A stretch of DNA of 52,306 nt, the filler included, from Squatina squatina (taxonomy: Eukaryota), in NCBI GenBank assembly GCA_031763465.1. It is 3 parts of 3 records of this genome, joined end to end, with 100 filler letters (N's around TTAATTAATTAA, not from the genome) between each part and the next. Parts side by side here need not be neighbours in the genome. Positions count along the whole stretch, not along the records: positions 37,780 to 52,306 come from JARFOE010000001.1; 2 more parts are not named here. One strand, written 5' to 3'. Within the stretch, counting starts at the first letter, position 1. Every line of letters begins with the position of its first letter. The notes below the pieces were generated by a model, which ran no database searches, was not told where the DNA came from, and saw nothing but the letters and a program-made list of their open reading frames with translations. Shown piece by piece: positions 37,780 through 49,064 of this stretch. A program made the translations under genes and the position numbers.

Positions 37780-38394
37780 TGAAGTGCTAGTCTGTGCTCT
37801 TTAATCTGCCAAAGTTTATTTTCTTTTCCTTTTGACACTTACCAGTATCACAGACTGGGTGATTCTTGGATCTCAGCCCAGATGTCCAAACACAAAGAAT
37901 TACATTTCTTCCCAAATATGAGAAATAATATACATTAATCGGTACATTCAAACACATTGTTTTATCTTGAGAGAAGGGATCAATCATCAGACCTAATTCT
38001 AGAGACATGATTTACCCTATGTACCACAGCTGTGGCTCCTGTGGTAACCTCAGATTCTAGGAACTTGTCAAAGGAAAGTTACGGGTATGTTTTACTGCGG
38101 CTAAGGCCCATGCAACTTAGTAATAAATATGGCAGACCACCAGGAAATGATTTGCCGGTTTTAGCACTCTTCTAAGTTTTCCGTTATGTGAAAACAGAAC
38201 TAATATTAGCTAGTCCATCGAGCCTGTCCTATGCTGTTGAGGTGCATTGTAAGGCCAAGCCCCACTTCCCCCACCGCAACAGCCAGCCATGTAATTTCCT
38301 GGGAGAGGCAAAAAACCTGAGAAATTCTAGTCCAATTTGGCTTAGTCAACCTCTGAAAACAATCAAACCAGTTCCAGGAGACTACATTGACTAG

Positions 38395-38900
38395 TAGACA
38401 CGTCACTCAATACCCCATCTACCTTTTCTACTCTGTGCTGCCAGCCACACTTAGGAATTCGCCCAGCTCCCTTTTGAATGTTTGCAGTGATTTTGCACTC
38501 ATGGCATGAACTGACAACTTGTTCCAAAGGTCGATGACTCTCTGTGAAAAGAAAAACTTCCTGACATCTACCTAGTCCTATGCTTACATAACCTATATGC
38601 ATGTTTCCTGGTCCTTCCTAACCAAAGGTTTTGCTATTGCTACCACAGTTATCCACTATTTTCTTCTCCATTGATGTTTTGGCTGCTCTGTTAGCAGCTT
38701 TCGTTGCCTTTAGCTGAACTTGATTCCTATACCTGTTCTGCTGAGAACTATTTTCTTTAATTATCAACTCCTTAATAATGGCAATTAAATGCTCATTAAT
38801 ATCTCTTAATGCTAATTTGTGTGGTTTACCATTCAATGTAATAAATTATCACTGTCATCCATTACTCCTGAGTTTATACTTTTCTTCAGCTGCCAGCTCC
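38395..38900 (-). mobile_element. Old CR1-type LINE relic: the central ORF2 part is joined to the 3' end
   Basis: The reverse strand gives KAANRAAKTSMEKKIVDNCGSNSKTF (pre-RT region), followed by DVRKFFFSQRVIDLWNKL (ORF2 C-terminus). Confidence 0.65.
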
Positions 38901-41364
38901 TTTTATGTAGATCTCCTGGAGCTGGTGACCACACCAGGGGGTAACCCTACTGCATTTGTTTTAAGACTGGCTGTGAGGAAATCTCATTTTTCACTGGGTC
39001 TTTCTGGCTGCTGACAATCTTACTGAAGCTAGTAAATGGACTGTTTCAGTGGCAGTTGTGCATTTCTGTAGCAACATCATGATGTCATCATGCCACCTCA
39101 GTAATGCTGATGTACCTGAGTGGCTCCATTGACGTTACGATTGGCTGAATCTCACCTGATCTATTGCTTCCTAACCCTGGGGGGAAAAGAAGCTCCACCA
39201 GTTGGTAGTTTCGTATAAAAGCTGATGTCATGGAATTTTTAATTTTGATTTGCATGTAATCTTTCTCCATGCATTAAATTCTTGCATAAGTGTACCCGAT
39301 CTGCATTTTTTTTTCCAGAACTCTAGTCTGCCTTGTTGCACCCACCAAGTCAATAGTGGACTACATACACAGAGAATGATATGCTCAAGCTATTTGCTTG
39401 ATCAAGTAGCTTATTAGTGTTTGTAATCGGGTAAGCTCTGCATTTCACTCTGTGCACCCCCTCCCCCACCAGTGCAAGGTTCATGCACTCTAGCCTAGTC
39501 AAGAGTGCTTCAGCTCCAGGTCGCAGTTCTGAAATCTCACCAGCGTTTTAAGGATGTATNNNNNNNNNNNNNNNNNNNNNNNNNNNNNNNNNNNNNNNNN
39601 NNNNNNNNNNNNNNNNNNNNNNNNNNNNNNNNNNNNNNNNNNNNNNNNNNNNNNNNNNNGAACCTGAAAGGCATCACCAAATTACACTGATTCCTAAACC
39701 ATGCATTTCCCAGCTGACTGTACCAATAACACAATAGTGTGTCATTGCACTTACTGGAGAATACAATGTGACAAAATTTGTACAGCAACTTCACAAAAAT
39801 TATGTGAAGATTTTTGAATAAAAGTTAATGACACTTGCTGCGGTCTATTTTCTGAAGCAGTTTTCCCCTCTTTCGAATTCAAGCCACTACATCACGATTG
39901 GCAAATTTGTCCCCAAAAGGACATCCAAAATACAAAGATTAGACAGCAATTTTAGCTTTGATTTCCAGCTTACTGAAAGCCTAATGATCTAGTACTACAG
40001 GTTGCCTTTTCCTGACTTCAGTTTCTGTTAGAACATGTAAGTGTAATGCAGTTAGTTTTGTGGAGGCTTATGACACTGCCTATACTATATGATTTGACCA
40101 GGTCAAGTACTCATGTTGGAGAAAGCAAATCACACATAAATGACTTTTAAGTAGATTTGTGCTTGCATGTAAGTCACCCAGTAATATAAGGTTAAGAGAT
40201 GTGAACCAGAGTGAGTGGTATAAAATTAAATGTAATAATAACCAGCTCCAAAGAAGATGATAAGAGCCTGGGGAATAAGTTTTAGCAGCTCATTACATCT
40301 GCCGTTGCTCAGTGCTACGAATGAAACCGTCTGTTTCTTGTCAGCCAGCAATAGGAAGTGGAGTAGGATTTAGGGGCTGCTGATTTAGGGGCTAAAGGAA
40401 AAGGCCACACCACACACAATTCATGTCAAGTCTGTTATGTGATCCAGGCTGCCTTATCCTTGGGATCTGGTAAATAAACACGCTCGGTGCTGTTTTGTAT
40501 CAGATAGTGCCTGATCGGAGCTGACTGGCTCTGGGGACTTAAACATAACATTAATAGTGACTAAAAGACATAAGAAATGTCTAGTCCACTATATTCTTTA
40601 ACCTTTCTGTCTGTCAGCTAGCTCAATCCAGCATGATCATGATGATACCTGGCCTATTTTCCCTTTGTTGGCATATGTGCAAAGTAGTCCACTTATGCTT
40701 GAAATGGCCATGATAAAAAAAAATCTTTTATTTACAGAGCAGAAATTAACCTTCAGATGTTCAAATGAAGATGTCACACAGACACCACATCAGCAGCATT
40801 TGTATGGATTAATTTGATGTGGATTGTTGTTGAGAACATCACAGAAAGATATTTGGCCATTCCATCTACTGCAATCAATTTTTAAAAAGTGCTTTTATTT
40901 TTCTAAGAATGTTCCAATTCATTGGCAGGAGCACAAAGACTGAATTTAAAAATAAATTATGGGAATGAAAGCATATGATATATTGCTAGTAAGTTTGTTT
41001 CTTTCTGCGCTTTACAAGAAAGCATTACTGTGTCACTTTTAAGATTCCAACACATCCAATTTGTGGTGCACCTAATCTTCCGNNNNNNNNNNNNNNNNNN
41101 NNNNNNNNNNNNNNNNNNNNNNNNNNNNNNNNNNNNNNNNNNNNNNNNNNNNNNNNNNNNNNNNNNNNNNNNNNNNNNNNNNCAAGGGTCCTCAGGTAAG
41201 TGCGTCAAGGTTTTTGCCATCGGAGGCCTCTGATCGCAAATTCAGGGCCATTATTAGGCGGCTGCATTAAAATACCACAGACAGACGTGCTGAAAGTTCT
41301 TCCGGATATCCCACCTGATATCCGACCCAACCATTCCAAGCTCGTCTTTGAGTTATTATGGGGG

Positions 41365-41500
41365 CCATAGAGTCAAACAGCACAGAAGGAGGCCCTACGA
41401 CCCATCCTGCCTGTGCCAGCTCTTTGAAAGGGCTATCCAATTAGTCGCCTTCCACTGTTCTTTCCCCATATCCCTGCAAATTTCTCCTTTCCCGGTATAT
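41365..41500 (-). mobile_element. CR1 3' end fragment
   Basis: catagagtcaaacagcacagaaggaggccctacgacccatcctgcctgtgccagctc is the reverse complement of the tail type at 30330-30450. Confidence 0.7.
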
Positions 41501-42954
41501 ATATTAGTACAATGTATTTGGAAGTACCAGTATCAGCTAAATTGTTGACTGGAGTGAATAAAGTCAACTGATGTGCAATGGTCATGATCTTATTCTATTT
41601 ACTTGTGCTGGATAATTTATTGACTAATTGTCACTTGTTCACTGTTTATCCCAAAATGATGACAGGTCATACAATAACCTGATTCTAGAATTAACTTCTA
41701 GAATTACACATCACCATCTGTACGCATGAAGTATAAAGTTCTTGCTATTCTGTTCTAAATCAAGTAAAATAACAGTGACATGTGAGCCATCGCATGTCAC
41801 TGCTAGCTGATCCTGTGTGTACACAGATAAAAACAATACATATAACTCTTCCATGGCTCTCCAGTCTAAATAGAATCTGTAAGTAACACCTCTGAGGAGC
41901 AGAGCGATTACTCACAAGCTGCTGTTCATTGATGTTAGGAATGTAAAAGAACAAGAAATAGAACAAAGAGAAGTATCCGTTCTCAGACAAATACACAGCT
42001 ATCAATTGCAATACCATGTTTAACAATATGTTCTGTTATTATGCAGCCCTGTGTGTATATTTTGCAGTAACAAAACCTAGTTTAATGTGAAAGTTTTTAT
42101 AACTGTATGGCGTAGCAGNNNNNNNNNNNNNNNNNNNNNNNNNNNNNNNNNNNNNNNNNNNNNNNNNNNNNNNNNNNNNNNNNNNNNNNNNNNNNNNNNN
42201 NNNNNNNNNNNNNNNNNNAGACAAAACTGAAAGCAAGTGAAGGACAAACAAATACTAACACCAAAAGTTACCCCAAAATTGAGTTAATTTACTGGTAAAA
42301 CTGCATTTTCAAGAACACTCAAAATTCCTGTGCTCTACCCTTAAGCAATAACCCCAGCAGCACAGCATTACCCATGGTCTCATTTGCTTTGATATTCTAT
42401 CCTTATGGGAGAAAGATGATAGTCACGAAGGCACGTCCATGAACCATTACCTTAGGTCTACGCTTCAATTAGAACGACCTCGCGCCGGGGTGTTATTGAA
42501 AGTTTTCCAGAAGAAGCATGGTTCTGTTAGCACTAATATGCAATGAGCATAACAAGTATCACATGGTGTTAAAACTGATACAAGGTTACACTCAATAAAA
42601 TTGTAGATTGTAAATATTTTGCCAGCAAACTTGGCATGTGTTTAACTTAAAATACAAATGAGAGGGTATTTGGTTACTAGACTACACAATTTGATTTTGC
42701 GAAAAGCCAAATAAAATTAATGGTTCATTGTTCAAATGTTCCATTATTTTTCCACCAAATATTATCAAAATTGCCCACATTATATCAGTTTCCAAAACAG
42801 ACCCAAGGGAAAGAGTGCATAAGATATGAGCACAAAGTGGATATATAGTTTCACCTATCCTAAGAGTGCAGAAGGCATCATTCCAGATGGCTATAATTCT
42901 TAATTATTCTTATGTAGCCTTGTCTCACTAAATATTTTCTCTGTCTGCTCGCAA

Positions 42955-43281
42955 AGAAAGAATTACATTTATATAGCACCTTTCATGGCCACCAAATGTC
43001 TCAAAGCACTTTACAGCCAATGAAGTGCTATTTGAAGTGTAGTCACTGTTGTAGTAAAAGAAATGCAGCAGCCAATTTGCACACAGCAAGCTCCCACAAG
43101 CAGCAATGTGATCAGGACCAGATAATCTGTTTTTGTCATGTTGATTGAGGAATAAATATTGGCCAGGACACCCGGGATAACAGCAGTGCCATGGGATCTT
43201 TTTGTCCTCTTGAGAGGGTAGGCAGGGCTCTTGGTTTAGCATCTCATCCAAAAGACACAGCATCCCCCTGGAGTGTCAGCC
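42955..43281 (-). mobile_element. Deu-domain SINE (SacSINE1-like) with internal deletions
   Basis: Homologous to 29463-29830. Confidence 0.85.
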
Positions 43282-46200
43282 NNNNNNNNNNNNNNNNNNN
43301 NNNNNNNNNNNNNNNNNNNNNNNNNNNNNNNNNNNNNNNNNNNNNNNNNNNNNNNNNNNNNNNNNNNNNNNNNNNNNNNNNAGGCAGGACAGCTGCAGAG
43401 CAAAGCTCTCTCTAGTCTGCCTGACCCTCAGAACAGCAGCCATAACCCCTTCCCAGGTGACTATTTCCATTTCTTACACCAGGCTTTCTACCATGAACCC
43501 ACAGACACGAGCAGGTGGGCTGAGCAGACCCAGACTAATATTGAAGAATTTTAAAGCCAGCACAGACAAGAGATTTTCAGCATTCAAACTCAGACCCCAG
43601 AGCTAAAAGTATAGTGAGTTAGCATTGGTTCAGTATTTATATGTTTCCTCTTGTTTGTATATTTAAATATTTCCTGTTCTTTATTCTTGAACAATCTCTG
43701 TGGCACAAACCCATAGACTGCTGGTTTTAACTTTCAACTGGTTGTGGATTAGTAAAGAAAAAATAAATTCTCCCAGCCCTACCAAAAAATCTGTAACAAG
43801 TTTCACTTTAGAAGTTTTAATAGATTCCAAAAATTCTGATGTGGTAACATTTGCAACCATTTATACTAACTTTGTTTTATGACTTGCACATATTTCAGTG
43901 GTTTTGGCTATAAACCTATAATACTAGGTAGAATAAAATAGTAAGTTAATTGCATCTGAACGGTAACTGTCAGTAAAAGTTTCAGAGCTCTGGTAATTAG
44001 ACCTGTGGGCTAGTAACACAAGGAAATTAAGAGGAAATTAAATCTGTTCCAGTAAATATAAGATACATCTGCTAATGTAATTCTACCTTAAAACAAGATT
44101 TACTTTAATACTTTTGAGTCTATAATTTATGTCTAGTATTTTGCGTAAGCAGATTAGTCACTTTAGTTAATGAAGGCTGGACATAGCTGCAAGTCTTGAT
44201 CCAGTCATTTATCAACAGACCCTAACAATTCAATTCAGCTCCATTTCATCTCCAATTTGTACATGTTAATCCCTTCAGAATATCGCTTCAGGACCTTTTT
44301 CAATGTGGTCTGGTTCTCATTTTGTTGCACGATACAGTACAAGATCAGAATTACTCATAAATCGGTCTTACAGAAAAAGGAAATTGCAGATTGAAACTCA
44401 CACATCAAGCAAGCANNNNNNNNNNNNNNNNNNNNNNNNNNNNNNNNNNNNNNNNNNNNNNNNNNNNNNNNNNNNNNNNNNNNNNNNNNNNNNNNNNNNN
44501 NNNNNNNNNNNNNNNGTGGTATTTCCTGAAAATGGTAATTTATAAAGACACTCTGTTGAAGTCCACAATTAGAGAAACCATTGTGGGTGCACTGTAAGTT
44601 CACAAAAGTCATTACTAGACACTACAGAGAACATTCCAAAATACTAAACAGCATCGTTAAAACAAAAAAAAACTGGATCATCCAACTGGAAACATCCGTA
44701 CTTAAAATGTTACGCTTCCGTAGGGAGGAGAATTTAGTGATAGTAAAACACATAATAAATAATAAACTCCTACTCTGCTGTCTACTTGCAAATTTGGTCA
44801 TTATTCTAAGTGCGGAGGATGGGCAGTGCAATCCAATCCTGTAAGACAGAAGGAAAAGTATAAGCTATCAGTGGTCGCACAATAGGAGAGTTCCTTTTAC
44901 ACATTGACTCTTCAAACACAGGAAAAAAAGCTTTGCTACAAAGAATTATCAGAAAGCTGATATTAACTTGCTAAAAAATATCCTATACCTAATCCTGTTG
45001 AGGTGATAAACCTTGAAAAGAAATGTACAGGTGAACCCAGTTAAATGTAATGGTGCTCTTTGATGCTAGTATTTGGTTACCCATTCAGCTTTTTCTATTG
45101 CAATTCAAGTACATTAGATTTGAAACTGCAAGTGAGTTGAGAAAGGAGTTTCAGTGAGAATGCAGGTTTAGAAATAAGCTGTGTAAATTTTCCCTCCTCT
45201 ATTCTTGAGTGGTTTAACATTACCAAGGTTACTGAGACAATTGCATTCCTGCCTATAGTATTTTATTCCACCTTGTACTCCAGTACTAAATGTGGCAAAC
45301 TAAAGAGTAGTATCATGATAGAAAGTCATTGTTAACTATTGGTTATCTTTTTTTAAGGGTTAATGCTTTGTCAGTGATGCTAGGGGCTGAGAAACTGAAC
45401 AGAAAATAATGGGTAGGCACGTGCCCATGACAATGACTCAAACTTGTAAGGTATTTCCTGTTTTTCTAAGAGGAATGTGCCTCAACTATTAACAAAAGAG
45501 TACCAAAAACACAAAATGCGTAGTTAAAAATTCCATTGGCTATCCTCATAGACTTTCTAAGTGTAAAGAGCCTCAGCCTGGAAATGACACTGTGCACTAT
45601 TAATGCACAAAACTTTGCCTGTTTGTATTAAAACCCTCTGTCCCCTATTTTGATTGAAGCATTAACCCATTTTATTTTAAATAGATTGCGACCTCTCTTA
45701 AAACAGTGGGAAAGGAATTTGTTACAAACATGTTAAATGTTCAACTATCGACATTTCTATAACACTTCTCATGTGTGAAAGACTTCTTAAGATTTGGGCT
45801 TCTCCCAATATCTTTTCTCATGCCACACAAACAACAGCTCCATAGACAAGCCCATGTTTCCCATACATGAAAGGGAGTTCTTGTGCGCCAACTTATTTTG
45901 GATTGTCTTCCATGAGCAAACTCTGTCTCAGGATTTCCATGTAGGATTTCCAATATACATCACACTACTTCAGAAGACAAGTAATATCTGTCACGCTAGN
46001 NNNNNNNNNCTGAAACGTGACCTTGTGTGCAAAGCAATCTGAGATCGCGTGCCTTGAACAAACAATGAGCCTGTTTATTTTCTCTGAATTATATGTGGGA
46101 CTTTCATTACTTTTCCATGTACTTCAGAAATCAAATGAGTAATAGCAATCATGCCAGACACTTTTGTACACACGAAATTTCCAGAGTTTTATTCACAGAT

Positions 46201-46429
46201 CGGGGCATTTACTGAAGTAGTGACAGCAAATTGTTGAAGTCAGTCCACATAACACAGCAACTTTGAACCTGTTCTTGAAAGGGTTAAACAGACAAAACCA
46301 TCAGTTAAGTTTCTTTGATAGACTTTCTTTGCAGTTCTTTCAACAAGCAAAAATAGAACAAGTGCTTTTCAGAATGGTAGGAGAGGCCTGATCCCAATGG
46401 ATACAGGGAGGGAAATTGGTTTGGCCCAT

Positions 46430-46730
46430 TTTCAGGTGGGAAATGGTCGGCGAGCTCGGATCACAGGGAAGGATTTTATTGAAAGCGGGGAAGGTGGTTG
46501 TCGGGGCCTAGAAAGGAGGGTCCAGGGAACAGAGTCATAGTGAGTAAAAGAGTTAAGCAAAGGGAGGTGGAAACATAGAGAAATCCAGAGGAGTGCAGTG
46601 TGCGTTGAAGCACTTGGATGGAAGGAAATCATTGGGGTGATGATTGGATTTTAAAGCAAGGGTAGGATCTTCAAGTCAATTCGCTGTACAATTGGGAACC
46701 AGTAGAATTTGGAAAGGAGGGAGTGGGCAA
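46430..46730 (-). mobile_element. Old L2 3' relic
   Basis: Reverse-strand remnants (..FPIVQRIDLKILPLL..) and a purine-rich strand bias like 21900-22100. Confidence 0.5.
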
Positions 46731-47769
46731 TGTTTCAAGAGTGGAAGAAAGTAGTTTTGTTATAGAACTGTTGCAGGGAACTAACTCAATTCAGGGCCTG
46801 GCAGCACAGCAAGGTCACACANNNNNNNNNNNNNNNNNNNNNNNNNNNNNNNNNNNNNNNNNNNNNNNNNNNNNNNNNNNNNNNNNNNNNNNNNNNNNNN
46901 NNNNNNNNNNNNNNNNNNNNNACAAAAAATCGGATAGGTTGTAAAGCTGGTTGCCAATTCACGATCGCCAGTTTGCGTAGCTGCCCGTGATGAATCTCAC
47001 CTCCAAAATGTCAAATAAGGCAGCTGATGCCTTGTGGCAGTGAGCTTTGTTTTACTGAATAGTATTACTAATTAAGTTGGCAAGAACAGTTTACTCAATG
47101 GTGATGCTTTGAATGTAAATGATCCTTAGACATGTATCTGATGACTTGGAATAAGTTCCTTCGTTTTATTACCTACCTAAAATGATTAAAGTCCTTCACC
47201 AGGCCAGGAAGGTCATCTGCTCATCTCACAAATAAAACATTCAAAACCAAAATAAGAATCCAAAGCTTCACATCAAATTGCCTTAAAAGATCAGCAGCTC
47301 TGGGAAATGAGACTACAAGGAACCAACTATCTGAAAAATGTGCTGTTCATTATGGGACTCATGTTTACAAAAGCCTTTGGACTCCGAGATCAGCAAAGAT
47401 AAATAACATACTATTGCATTATTTCACAGGCAATACTATAATGCAAATGTGTAGAATTCAATTGGAGAACCACAAAATTTAATGATACGTGAAAAGTGAA
47501 TGTCAACCTTTAACTTCCCAGGTAATTTTCAACAATGGTAATTCTTGGAATCTAATCCAACTTTACTGAGAATTATTTTCATAAATCACAGAATGCCATT
47601 TTTTCTGACAGTTTTTTAAAGTTATTATTCCTGCTCTCCTTCAGATTCATTAGTTGTGTCACTTACCATCATAACCCTACAGAAATAATTCGTGACAATT
47701 TTATGAGCTGTGCATCAAGAAAAAAGAAACTTGCGATGGAAAACCACGAACAAATTTAATTACAAACAA

Positions 47770-48064
47770 CTGCCATTGTCTTTGGTCCCTGCCACACACT
47801 ACTCCCCAGCCACCGACTCCAACACTCCCCCTGGCTGAACCTTGAGGCTGAACCAGACTGTTCACAATCTCGGTGTCGTATTTGACGCCGAGATGAGTTT
47901 CTAGCCAAATATCCACGCCACCACTAAGACCACCTATTTCCATCTCCGGAACACCACTCAACTCCATCCTGCCTCCGCTCATCTTCTGCTGAAACCCTCA
48001 TCCGTGCCTTTGTTACCTCTAGACTTGATTATTCCAACGTACTCCTGGCTGGCCTTCCACATTC
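47770..48064 (+). mobile_element. L2 LINE ORF2 fragment
   Basis: LRLNQTVHNLGVVFD.EMSF...AETLIRAFVTSRLDYSNVLLAGLPHS. Confidence 0.88.
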
Positions 48065-48164
48065 NNNNNNNNNNNNNNNNNNNNNNNNNNNNNNNNNNNN
48101 NNNNNNNNNNNNNNNNNNNNNNNNNNNNNNNNNNNNNNNNNNNNNNNNNNNNNNNNNNNNNNNN

Positions 48165-48303
48165 AAGGGATATGGGGAGAAAGCAGGAACAGGGTACTGA
48201 ATTTGGATGATCAGCCCTGATCATATTGAATGGCAGAGCAGACTCGAAGGGCCGAATGGCCTAATCCTGCTCCTATTTTCTATGTTTCTATGCTTCTATG
48301 TTT
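48165..48303 (+). mobile_element. CR1 LINE 3' end with (tatgtttc)n tail
   Basis: gatcagccctgatcatattgaatggcagagcagactcgaagggccgaatggcctaatcctgctcctattttctatgtttctatgcttctatgtttc. Confidence 0.85.
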
Positions 48304-48962
48304 CAATAATGGGCCAGTCAGCGAGATGCCATTTTCACAAGCTAATGGGGAAGCAGAGCAACTCGGACAACATTTGGATATTTGAGTTTAACTGTGCATC
48401 TGTCCCTCACCTGAAGTTGCTGCACCATTTGCACATAAATATCAGCAAGCGCCATGAGTCTCACCGTTATTGTGACAGCAAATTATGGCCCAATAACTGG
48501 AATTGTTGTATCAGACGATGAAGATATTTTAAATGATTCTGACCGAAAAGAAACCTCTGAAGTTTCCAAAGCTCTAGGCTGAATAATAGGAATTTGCTTA
48601 CTCAGTTATAAAGGTATCGACTTGATACCATCTGTCAGTGTAATAATTTATTTAAAGATTTGTTTCATTCTTTTTTAGCCTACCTGTAAAGTAACATCAC
48701 ACAGCAGTTCAAAGGACTGCATTTTGCCCTAAAGCAATTGCATTTAGCTCTCATCTTAGAGTCTCTGCTGTTCACTTGACTGGTAATGTAATGGGTGTAG
48801 AGCTCTAGAGCAAAAGCGTAGTCAGATATGGTTCAAATAGCAGGAGAGAATAAAAGACAGGAGCTAAACTACAGAAACACCAGCAGAGTGTCTCGTCTCA
48901 GTATAGGGCTGACAAGTTGACATATCTTATGCTTCATTTAAGAGGGCGGGTTAGGACGTCTT

Positions 48963-49064
48963 GGAGGAGGAGCACCAATCCCCCGAGGCCTCAAGGAGGA
49001 GGAGCCCCAATCCCCCGAGGCCTCAAGGAGGAGGAGGCCCAATCCCCCCGAGGCCTCAAGGAGG
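48963..49064. repeat. GC-rich minisatellite, 32-33-bp unit, just over 3 copies, next to a gap of about 818 N
   Basis: ggaggaggagc(a/c)ccaatcccccgaggcctcaa-type units start at 48963, 48995 and 49027. Confidence 0.9.

Noticed and set aside
42440-42530. AG...GT-bounded CpG-containing segment on the minus strand as an exon
   Set aside because: All three frames contain stops and the acceptor lacks a pyrimidine tract.
48665-48710. Minus-strand tttacAG|GTAGGC juxtaposition as a recursive splice site (similar at about 22712 and 15025)
   Set aside because: The pyrimidine tracts are short and such motifs are expected by chance in 50 kb. It cannot be supported without nascent RNA data.
48963-49064. 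Repeats of about 32 bp as a possible CRISPR array
   Set aside because: The units are head-to-tail with no unique spacers, the context is vertebrate, and there are no cas genes.
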